From: Marsupella aquatica
Taxonomy: Eukaryota; Plantae; Marchantiophyta
Length of the DNA: 64,000 nt
Direction: 5' to 3'
Assembly: GCA_973895155.1 (NCBI GenBank)
Contig: OZ316895.1
Span: 22,394,558 to 22,458,557, forward strand
Within the stretch, counting starts at the first letter, position 1. Every line of letters starts with the position of its first letter. Shown here one piece after another: positions 26,603 to 37,200 of the stretch. The notes under the pieces were generated by a model. The model made no database searches. It worked only from the letters and a program-made list of their open reading frames with translations, and had not been told where the DNA came from. A program made the position numbers and the translations under genes.

Positions 26603-27036
26603 CCCATTTTTCCGCTTCTCCATTCGCCACCGGACTGTCAGTGCCTGCATTTACTGAACTCCGATCTTGCCACATGCGATTTCTTCCTGGCCGCGATTGC
26701 TTCCGGCCCCTTTTTCTTCCCGGCCGCCACGCCTATGTATACACACGTAAAGGGAGCCGCGCCCCTGCATACACATTGGGCACCGGCCGGTGCCTCTTAT
26801 GTGTATACACATAAGGAAGGGACCCTTTCCGTCATTTTTTGTTGTTGTTTTTTGTTTTTATTTTGACCCTTTTAGGCAAGGCTGGTAATACACATCCGGG
26901 CCAATTTCATTTTGTTTAGCCCGGTCTCCTTGCCTCACGTTGTTTGCTTCATTGTAGGTTAATTTTCTAGCCTTGGGGCTGCCATTCCTTTTCTTGTCAG
27001 TTTCTTTCCCATTGGCACCCCAGGTGAGCATGCAGT

Positions 27037-29455
27037 ATGTCAGTCGACGAGCCGGGAGGTAGCAACTCATCGCCACCAACACCCCGATACCATTTACGGA
27101 GTGATCCACAACCGTTGGTGCCAATTTCATTGGAGTCTCGGCAATTTCGACGATGTCTGCAGACAATAGCAGCACCCACACCACGCAATCCTTCTGCTCA
27201 ATTTGGCGGTCGCTTCACCACTACTCCAAAGCCTGCTATCACTTCATTGCCATTTACCCCTTCTGCATCCGTGGTTGTTCCTGCTTCACCGACATACAGC
27301 ATGGACGTCAGCCACACATCTGGCCGCATTGAACGCTTCAGCGGGCGACCAGGCACTGTTTCTTTGCGTGAGTTCAAATCCACTTTCTACACTGTCGTTT
27401 ACGAATTGGAGTTGAAGTATGGCAGCAATTTTACAAATGCTTTTGCATTTAAGCAGCTAGTCAGGTATGTGCACCATGAGGCTTTGGATGTGTATGAGCA
27501 ACATTCTCAACGGCTGCTTGCTGTCACACAATTGCCTAACCCTGCCTATGCCACTACAATTGCGGCTGCCTCACAACTGGCATTACAAAATGCCATTGCA
27601 GCCCATGCTGCTGCTCCTGCCACTTCCCCTCCTACTCCAGTTCCCACCACTGCACCAATTACTCCCACTGTCTTGGCACAAGCTACATCAGGCATTTCTC
27701 CCACCATTGATTCCCCTGCCTTTGCTGATCCAGTGGCTGAGTTTTTCCAGGTTCTTGAATTGGAATTCCCAATCAAGAGTGCTGACAAAATCATGCAGTT
27801 GGCCACCTTTGTGAGGCAGCGCGATGAAACATTGAAGATGATGTATCGCCGACTTCTCAAGCTGAAGGAGGACACCCAGAGCATCACTGACCTGGAAGCT
27901 GCTCATCGCTATCTTCGCGCATTGGAAGGCACACCAGCTCTCCATTCGCAAGTGTTGCAGCAAGTATTCTCAGAGTTTGGAGATAGCTACACCCTGCTCA
28001 ATGTCTATGACACTGCTGAGAAACTTGAGTTGGCCCATGCACATTATGAGGCCAGTATTGCACGTCCACCGCGATCCAGATACCAGGCTGCTACCCCTAC
28101 ACTGGCCACTCCTTCCTGTGTGCCACAGTATGGTTCCAAGACCAAGCCAGCCCATGCTGCTTTCATGCTGCCATCTTGCAACTACTGTGGTAACCCCAAT
28201 CACAAGCTAATGAATGTGATATTGTTGCTGAGGACCTGTCTTGTGATTTTTGCAAGAAAGTGGGTCACTTGGAGGCAGTTTGTTTTGCCAAATTCCCATA
28301 GAGGAAGCAGCTACGACAGCAGGCCCCTCATCCTGCTCCTGCTTCCACTCCCCCACCAGCTATACTGCATTAGTTGCTCCTCCTTCCAGTGGCAAAGCAC
28401 CCGATGCTAACAAATTGTCCAAGCAGCAACAGAAGCAACCAACTCAGAAGGAGGCTCACACTGCACAGGCAACTCAACTCCAGTCTCTGACTCATGAGGT
28501 TGAGTCCCTACGTGCCCAACTTGTCAACATCAAAGGCAAGTCACCTGCCTCTGCTGGTCCTTCTCAACCGGCTGGTCACGTGCAACCCATCCCTGGCCCA
28601 GGCACCACTGACAGTTCAGCACCTCTACCCCGCTCTTTCTATGGCTTACCATTTGATGCTCATATGGGTGAGTGTGTGTTGTCCTCTGCTCCACAGCCTG
28701 GCCTTACAGTAGAATTTTTAGATTCACTTTGTCCATCCTATTTTGCTTACCAACAGGCCAGTGCTGCCTCCCGTATTGCTCCCACACACCGCATTGTACA
28801 GGCTGATGGTCTTGCTGCCGGTCCTATGACTAGAGCCAGGGGAGCTCGGGCTGTCATACCCCAATCTTTTCAGCCACTCACACTTGCTGAAGAGCGCACC
28901 TTGTTGGCGAGGGGGGAGGGAGCTGCAGCTACATCCATTCCACCACCAGGTGCTATTGACATTTCACAGGGAGTTGTTTCTCCTGAGCTGCTTGAGCATG
29001 TCACCTCCGGTATGGCACAAATGATTCTTACAACTCCACTTTTCAGTTGCCATGATTTACACCTGGATGCTAGAGCTGTCATCAAAGTGCTAGAGGGCTC
29101 ACTGCATTCTTCATCAGCCCCTATGCCACCGGTTTTGGAGGCCCAATCTCATGTACATACTGGACCTTCTTCTTCTCCATTACATGCTTCCACTGGTTTG
29201 GCTATCCCAGTACCAATTTCCAGTGGTAGAGATGACAGTATTGCTCCAGATTGTGTGACCAAAGCTACACTGGATTCTGGTCATGTTGTTCCATCTTTCC
29301 TGGCTATGCTGTTGAGTGGGAAGACCGTGGACACTAACTCCCTTCACAAGGTACCTCATCATTTGCCAAAAGTGGTGCCCAGTGACAGGACTTTAGTTTC
29401 CACCACCATTGCCATTGTTGACAACAGGAATTCAGCGGTCAAGTTGGAGGTCTAG
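27037..29455 (+). pseudogene. Gag-like polyprotein with two CX2CX4HX4C zinc knuckles, disrupted
   Basis: Capsid-like IERFSGRPGTVSLREFK..RQRDETLKMMYRRL. Restoring 1 nt near 28206 gives CNYCGNPNHKANEC and CDFCKKVGHLEAVC. In-frame TAG at 28299 and a second frameshift near 28360; then a coiled coil (QLQSLTHEVESLRAQL); truncated at 29455. Confidence 0.8.
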
Positions 29456-29816
29456 GGGGGATACAGAGGTTTACACCTCCACTACGTACATACCACCTCA
29501 TTTGCTTTTTCTTGGCACTTGTAAATGTGATGGGACTTTTTCTATGCATGTTGGTTGCTAGCAGCTTGCACATATGCATTGTTGGTGACTTGTATGTTTT
29601 CGATACACTATGGCTACGATACTATATGTCACGACAACTTCTCCCAGTGCTCTTTTGTTTTTTTCTTTTGAAAACTGAATCATTTGGTCCGCAAGCCCTC
29701 TTATTATATTAATACACTACGGTAGTTCTTCACTTCATTGCTTGTGCGATGCATGGTGACCCCCAAGGCTGCACCCTGCTCGACACCCAAGGCTCTTGAG
29801 TTCGAACCCATCTTCC

Positions 29817-30400
29817 CGATCACCTGACTAACAAGTTCCCCATTGCGAAATCGCCCCAGATCTTTGGGAGGTATCTTGGCCGTTGGATCATCTGGAAGTG
29901 GCCTTGCGTCGGATTAACTCAGGCTGAGTTCGAACCGATCCTCGGTCTCCGACCTTCCTCCGGGATCCGGTCATCTTCCGCTCTTGCTGAACAATTGTCA
30001 CCGGCCTGAGCAGTTGCGAGCACATTGTGACCGCCAATCGCCGGTGCTCTCCCACAAGCGACCTTTGCCATCATCAGAGTCTTGTGCTCGATGCGCAGGA
30101 GAACACTTCCGTCGATGCGCTCTGTGGTCGGTACCAATGTTCAGCTAAATGCTCTCAATCGAGACAGCTTCATGTTGAATGTTGTGTGTTGTGCGTAGTC
30201 GTGCAGCTTTTGGTGGTCGCGCAGAAGGAATTGGTGGTCGGGCTCATCAAGTAGCCATCGAGAGAGAGGCAGATCCGTGGAGAAAATAGGTCTTGTGGTG
30301 CTGCTGCTGGGCCAGCACAGCGACCGTCTTTCACGATGGTAAGTTCTCAGGCTCGTGTTTTGTGTCCCTGGCATTGTGCGAATGTGATCGGCTTCCGGAG
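29817..30400 (+). promoter_or_regulatory. Copy B of the duplicated promoter/5'UTR/ATG-exon module (drives beta'-COP)
   Basis: Matches 20805-21415; the ORF track shows paralogous spurious ORFs (20933..21121 vs 29919..30137). Confidence 0.9.
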
Positions 30401-31200
30401 CGCGTGACTGTTGTTGTGGTAGTGAAGTGTGCAATGACGTGATCTGGTTGTTTCCTTTCTCCGGAAACTCGCAAAGTTTCCCCCAGATCTGGCGCTCATT
30501 CATCGAGTCTTGTTCTGATGGCGGTATTCAATTAGGAACCGGACGGTCTCCATGTTGATGTACCTCTAGTTGATTTGAGTTTTAGGCTCTGAGGAAATTC
30601 CCAGGGTGGAGTGCATCTATTGATCTGTCTGAACATCATTTACCGGTGATGCCTGTCCTGAATGCCTGCGCTCATTAGCTGGTGAAGGAGTGATACTTCG
30701 TTGATACCGCATTATCTGTGCTCGCATTTCGTTTCCTAGGCTCATTCTGAGCTGCGATATCGGTGGTGGTGCTCCTGCGCTAGCATAGCGGCCGTCTTTT
30801 ACCATGGTTAGTTCTCTGGCTCGTTCGCATTGTGCGGATGTGGTCGGCTTCGGGCGCTCGTGGTGGTAGTGAAGTGTGTTATGATGTGATCTTGTCTTTT
30901 CCTCACACCGGAAACTCGAAAATTTCCTCCCAGATCTGACGCTTCTTCATTGAATCTCTCGCTTATGGTGTATTCAATTAGGAAACTGATGGTCGAGATG
31001 CTGATGTACCGCGAGTTTAGTTTAGTTTTTAGGCTCCAAGGAAATTCGCAGCGTGGAGTGCACCTTTTGATCCGTCTGATCTCACTTACCATTGGTGCCT
31101 GTGCTCCTATTCTTGGAATCATTAGCTGGTGAAGGATTGATGCTTCGTTTATACTGCATTTTCTATGCTATGTTCATCGTGCTCCATTTCTTTTCTTAGC
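30295..31200 (+). repeat. ~465-bp tandem duplication spanning the beta'-COP ATG exon/donor
   Basis: Unit 1 about 30295-30740 (ATG|GTAAGT at 30336); unit 2 about 30762-31200 (ATG|GTTAGT at 30804). Shared ccggaaactcg, tattcaattaggaa and cattagctggtgaagga. Confidence 0.85.
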
Positions 31201-34200
31201 GACAATTGTATCCATGTCGCAAAAGCCAAAGGAACCTCCGCCCATAGCATCTGTTCCGACCTTCTCAACATCTGTCATACGGATTTCAGGCGCCATCTAT
31301 GTTCTAGGTGTTGAGCTCCAGCTCGTGGAAATCTGACAAATTCTTGACTTGTACCCTATTCGTGGAGTCGAGGATGTGGGTTTCTTAATCCTACCACAGA
31401 ATTCGGTGGAGAGACTGGAGATGTATATTTCGTCTCTCGTTCTTTTTCACCGACGAAGCCAAGCAAACGTTAAAAAATTGTTTCACGATTTTCCTGTTAA
31501 CTCTTCTGGACTAAATGGCACCATTTTGGCAAATGCCGCGGAAAACTCAAAAAAATGGAGTTCGAAGATGGCAGATGTCCATTGAATATCCGTACCACAG
31601 GTTGACGATCGTTAGCTTTGTGTGTTTCGGGATATATTATTCTCGCCAGTCACTGAGAATGTATTTCTCAGTTACATTTGCGGATGGAAACGGGATGGTA
31701 AATGGTGGACATGAGTTCTTGATGCCAAGGGCTTGAGGATAGTGACCAATTAATTTAGACTTCATAGAAAAATCCATCTGCCTGGAACGTACTAAGGAGG
31801 CCTAGCCGAGTAGGATCTTAAATCTTTTAGGAATGTCCACATAGAATGTTATCCTGATTGGAAGCCATCACGCTGTTGCGCTTCTATTAAAGATAGTTAC
31901 GTGGCTATGTTTTCGAGGAGCTCATGCTCTGCGCACCTTACGGGTTTTTATTGGCTTAGGGGAAATATACTTATTTTCATTGCTGTGCATTGTCTAACTC
32001 GTTGTTTGGTGGGCTTCTTGTTTGTGCAGCCGCTCCGACTCGAGATCAAGGTACTTAATGCTATGTCAATATTGTTTTCAATTTTATGAATCCAAGTTCT
32101 ATGCGGACCCATCCTACAATTGATAAGCAGATTGTCTTCTTGAGATCTTTCTAACCCATTCCTTCGCCCAATTCTCAGCGGAAACTCGCTCAAAGATCTG
32201 ATCGAGTAAAGTGCGTTGATCTGCATCCATCTGAACCATGGTAAGTTAGAAACCCTACCCACAGGAAGCTTGAGATGAGATACATGTCGACATTAGTTTG
32301 TCAGAGTCTTGTGGACGCATACTGTAATTTCCTAGCTGTGAAGGTCCCTGGCTTATCTTCACTACTAAGGGCTGGGCGCACCCTCTCATTTTAACTCGAA
32401 TGTGGGTCCTTGGCATGCGTTTGAATTTGGGTTGTATAAATAGCCTCCACTGACTCAGAGCTTGCTTTCAGGATACTATCCACTATGTACACTGGGAGTG
32501 TGTATATTTGGAATCACCAAACCCAGGTGTGTTTTCAACTTTCAAATGCTAGTATCCGAACCTCTGCACGAATTCATTTTTTCAATAAAATTCGTGCCGG
32601 TCATCTCTTGAAATGAGCTTTTCCACCTTGATTGATAGCTCTTTGGTTGACAACGTATGACTACATATTCCCTGAAAGCATGGTTGACGTCTTCGTGCAG
32701 GCCCTGGTGAAATCGTTCGAAGTGACAGAGCTCCCTGGTGCGTTTGGCATTCACACAGCTCTGAATGTTGTGACTCTTGTTTCGTGCTTTACAGTTTAAC
32801 GTGGTTACAGAGTATTGTACTGTAAAATACTCAGCTTGCTGCCCTGCCTTATGATTGCAGTAAGGTCGGCCAAGTTTATCGCTCGGAAGCAGTGGATTGT
32901 AGCTGGTTCTGATGACATGTTCATCCGAGTTTACAACTACAACACAATGGACAAAATCAAAGCTTTTGAAGCACATACCGACTATATCCGATGTGTTGCT
33001 GTCCACCCGACATTGCCGTATGTGCTATCTTCATCAGATGATATGCTCATCAAACTCTGGGATTGGGACAAAAATTGGACTTGTACACAGATTTTTGAGG
33101 GTCATTCACATTATGTGATGCAAGTGGTCTTCAATCCGAAGGACACCAACACCTTTGCGAGTGCGTCATTGGACCGAACAATCAAGGTGTTTACCTGGTT
33201 CTAGTTCACTCTCATTCGTACTTTTCGTCGAATGCTGCTTTAGCTATTGTCTGAAGTAGTGGTTTTTAAGCTCCCGGAGCCTTATGTACCGTAACATCTT
33301 GCAGATTTGGAATCTTGGGTCTCCTGAACCAAATTTCACTCTTGATGCACACTTGAAAGGCGTAAATTGTCTAGATTACTACAGCGGAGGGGACAGACCC
33401 TACCTTATCACTGGTTCAGATGACCAAACTGCTAAGGTACTGATTTCGTTTCCCCTCACTGCATGCTGGTGCTGGAAGGTTGTTGTGCTGTAAGATCGCG
33501 GACAAGTATTCAAGTGTGTTATGCTTTTGCTGGCTCGTAGCATAGATGCAGTTATGGGGGATCCGCTGGTTTCAATTTGCAAAGGAGGCATATTTTAGAT
33601 TCTCTTTCTAAACGTCCTACTGTGTGGTGTCTGTTGACTTCTAATAATTAGGTCTGGGACTATCAAACAAAAAGCTGTGTTCAAACTCTGGAGGGGCACA
33701 CACACAATGTTTCTGCTGTCTGCTTTCATCCAGAACTGCCTATTATAATAACCGGGTCAGAAGATGGCACAGTTCGCATCTGGCATGCCACCACGTACAG
33801 GTAACGATGTGATTCGATGAGAGTCATGTGCATGGATACTGCGATAGTTAACAATCTACAATAAAGTTTCTTTGATCCGCGAAATCAAGGTCTCGCGCAA
33901 GGATTGTGAAACTGATTGACCTCATTGTATATATAGTTTGGGAATTGGGATTTCCACAGCATTAAGTTTACTCTGTTCAAAATTGAGGAAGACTAGGGTC
34001 TCTTGTTTGAATTTACTTGGCCTTAGCTTGCTCGGGATCTTGCAGACTGGAGAATACCTTGAACTACGGGCTTGAGCGTGTTTGGACTATCGGATACTTG
34101 AAGAGCTCCAACCGGTACCGATTCCTTCAATCACACATGCTGCTAACTAGTCAAAGTGCTTTCTACTGGAGTCTATGTCTCAGTTGAAGAAGGCTAGAGA

Positions 34201-37200
34201 GTCCTTTTGGGGCATGGATAGACAATATATAGTGCAAGGACTTGATGTATTTGTTGATCCTTGGGTTCCACGTTTTTTTAATAACATTATAAAAAAATTG
34301 CAGAGTTGCTATTGGATATGACGAAGGAACAATTATGATCAAAATTGGTCGGGAGGAGCCCGTTGCTAGCATGGATAACGGAGGGAAAATCATCTGGGCG
34401 AAGCATAATGAAATTCAAACTGTGAATATCAAGGCAGTCGGGGCAGATTTTGAGGTAAACTAACATGAAGGCCGTGTTTTTCCATTCATCAGTCAAGTAG
34501 AATGCATAGTCTTGTCTTCAACTAATGGAATTTCGTACCAGTGCAGCCTTATTTAATATATTTCAAATACGTTGCAGGTGACTGATGGGGAGCGCCTTCC
34601 TCTTGGTGTAAAGGAGCTTGGAAGTTGTGACTTATATCCACAGGTAAGTTATATATGAGCATCCTATTTCTGGATCAGGAAGCTCTTGGACGTCTCCATG
34701 TAGTTTGTTCTTGATATTCGAGAATTCTAGCAGTTCTGTGCAAGCTGGCAGGCATCAACGTAGTTGTATCTGCTAACGGTATCTGAAATAGAAGAAGTTG
34801 TCCATCCGCATTGAAATGACGTTGAATGTGAGTCGGGATAAAGTTGCAATATCCACACTGTTCTGACGGTTCCATTAACCTAAAACTAAGTTTAGTGCAT
34901 CGAAGTATTCTATTCTGTTGACAGTGTTGAAGTATACATGAGGACTTTGTCGGAGGATTTAATTGACTCTGAGGTAGGAAGTCACGGAAGGCGGTCGCAC
35001 TCAGCTGGCTAGCCAGTTCAAAATAGTAGTGATTGACAAGACTTGTATCTTGGTTAGCATATGGGCAACCTGAGTTGTCTGTAATAAACCTATTTAGAGG
35101 ATGACTGTTTATTTAACATCTTTTGTTCCTACTACAGAGCTTGAAACACAACCCCAACGGAAGATTTGTAACTGTTTGCGGTGATGGGGAGTACATTATC
35201 TACACGGCACTTGCATGGAGAAACAGATCCTTTGGTTCTGCCTTGGAGTTTGTTTGGTCTGCTGATGGTGAATATGCTGTGAGAGAAAGTACTTCCAAGA
35301 TAAAGATCTTCAACAAGTCCTTCCAGGTTAGCAGAGCAGTACCATCACTCTTGACTTTTCCACATCGGTTTGTCTACACATGGCACCTTGGTGGTAATGC
35401 TGCAGTCCCTACATTTCTTTCTAGAGTTGTATGCTACATAATTAGTGGTAAGCCCAAAGGCAGGGTTCGCTCTACAGATTCCTGTAACGCTTCTTTGTCT
35501 TGCAGGAGAGGAAAAGTATACGCCCAACGTTTTCTGCCGAGGGGATCTTTGGTGGAACTTTATTGGCCGTACGGTCCAATGAGTTCGTCTGCTTTTATGA
35601 TTGGGCAGAATGTCGTGTGGTGCGACGAATTGATGTCAATGTGAAGGTATAGCAGATAGCATACATGAAAGGATGTGTCTGTCGATTTGAGCTCTTTAAT
35701 GGCAATAAGGTTTTGATGGGATTTAAGAGTAATGCCTTCCGGCTAGTGTATTGGCTTGTGGCTGACAAGTATACAGTTGAACCCTAAGTTGTACTGAGTA
35801 TAGACAAACTTGGTTTGACCCGTTGGAGTGAAAGTCGCTCAAATTCAGTAGATTTTAGATCAATACATCAAAGCTTGATAGTAGCAACTTCAGAATAAAG
35901 GTTCTAGTGAAAAGAAAGCAGCACCAACCTCCTTAATATTGTGGATGGTTTGAGAAACCTGGGTCTGTATGGAAAGCGTGCTGTTGTGTGATATGTTTAT
36001 CGTGTGCAGTTGAGGAACTTAATCTAATCATGGGATGCCCGCTCTCATTCTGTTCTTGCAGAATATTTATTGGTCAGACACAGGTGATTTGGTGGCTATT
36101 GCCAGTGACAGTTCATTCTATGTCCTGAAATACAATGTAGGCCCATCTCATATGAACGCCTCCCTTTGTTGTCTAATGTGTACAATTGTTAATTAGAATT
36201 TCTTTCTTTGTTCAATCTGATTGAGTTTACCTCGCTTAAAACTAGATAGTTTCTTGTCAATTTCTAAAAGTGGTGGGTCTATTACTGATGTGCTTGTGTG
36301 TTTTCAGCGTGATATTGTCACTTCCTACCTCGATAGTGGCAAGCCAGTAGATGAACAAGGAGTGGAGGATGCATTTGAGCTTTTGCATGAGATCTCTGAA
36401 CGGATTCGAACTGGAGTTTGGGTTGGAGATTGTTTCATATACAACAACTCTGCTTGGCGGCTGAACTATGTTGTTGGTGGAGAGGTACGCTTATTGCGTC
36501 ATAAAGTGGATTATTCCAATGCTGTATGCAAGCAAAGTTTGGTTTAAGAATTCTTCAAGACAATTTAAAATGAATCGCTACACAATTTTGTGGCTGCAGG
36601 GTTTCTACAGTTGGTTTTGAGTGAAAACTAGTCACTGCGATCTGTTTTAGAGTGCCATCGAGTGCTATCTTTTATCTCTGAGAAGGAATGATGAATTGTT
36701 TCGTTCTGGTAGCAAATAATGAGTTGAGGATTGCTAGTTCTTGCCGGATAGTTACTGCAATCCTTTTAGGGCCATCGTATTGAGAAATACTTGTTCAGGT
36801 TTTAAAGTGTGTTCGGTTGAAACGAGACATCTATCGATTTTGTTTTTAATAATATATTTTTGCATCTGTCGATTTTTGTTCTAGGTGACAACAATGTTCC
36901 ACCTGGATCGACCCATGTACCTCCTTGGTTACTTGGCGAGTCAGAGCCGTGTCTACCTCATCGATAAGGAATTCAAGTGCGTTGAAGAGACTGTGAATGG
37001 TCAATCCGTTATTGGAGTGAACTATTGTTTCTGTGCTGGAGAGAAAAGCTTTCAAAGTGAATACTTATATAACGCAGCTTCTGCATGTATGATAGATCTG
37101 TTTGTGAAACTGAAGATTCTACTAGTTGAGTTTGTTGTCCTTCCACATGTCATGTGAGTCTTTAAGGTCTTTTTGTCATGTTTGTGGCGTCTCAAATGAT

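Larger units (their letters stand above)
24720..29816 (+). mobile_element. Internally deleted gag-only retroelement (LTR-type or related), non-autonomous
   Basis: LTR-like 5' region with two ~155-bp direct repeats (24750-24870, 24901-25034) and a TATA (ccatataaaa, 25191). Long leader, gag-like ORF, purine tract AGGGGGG at 29454, then a ~360-bp terminal region. No protease, RT or integrase visible. Confidence 0.65.
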
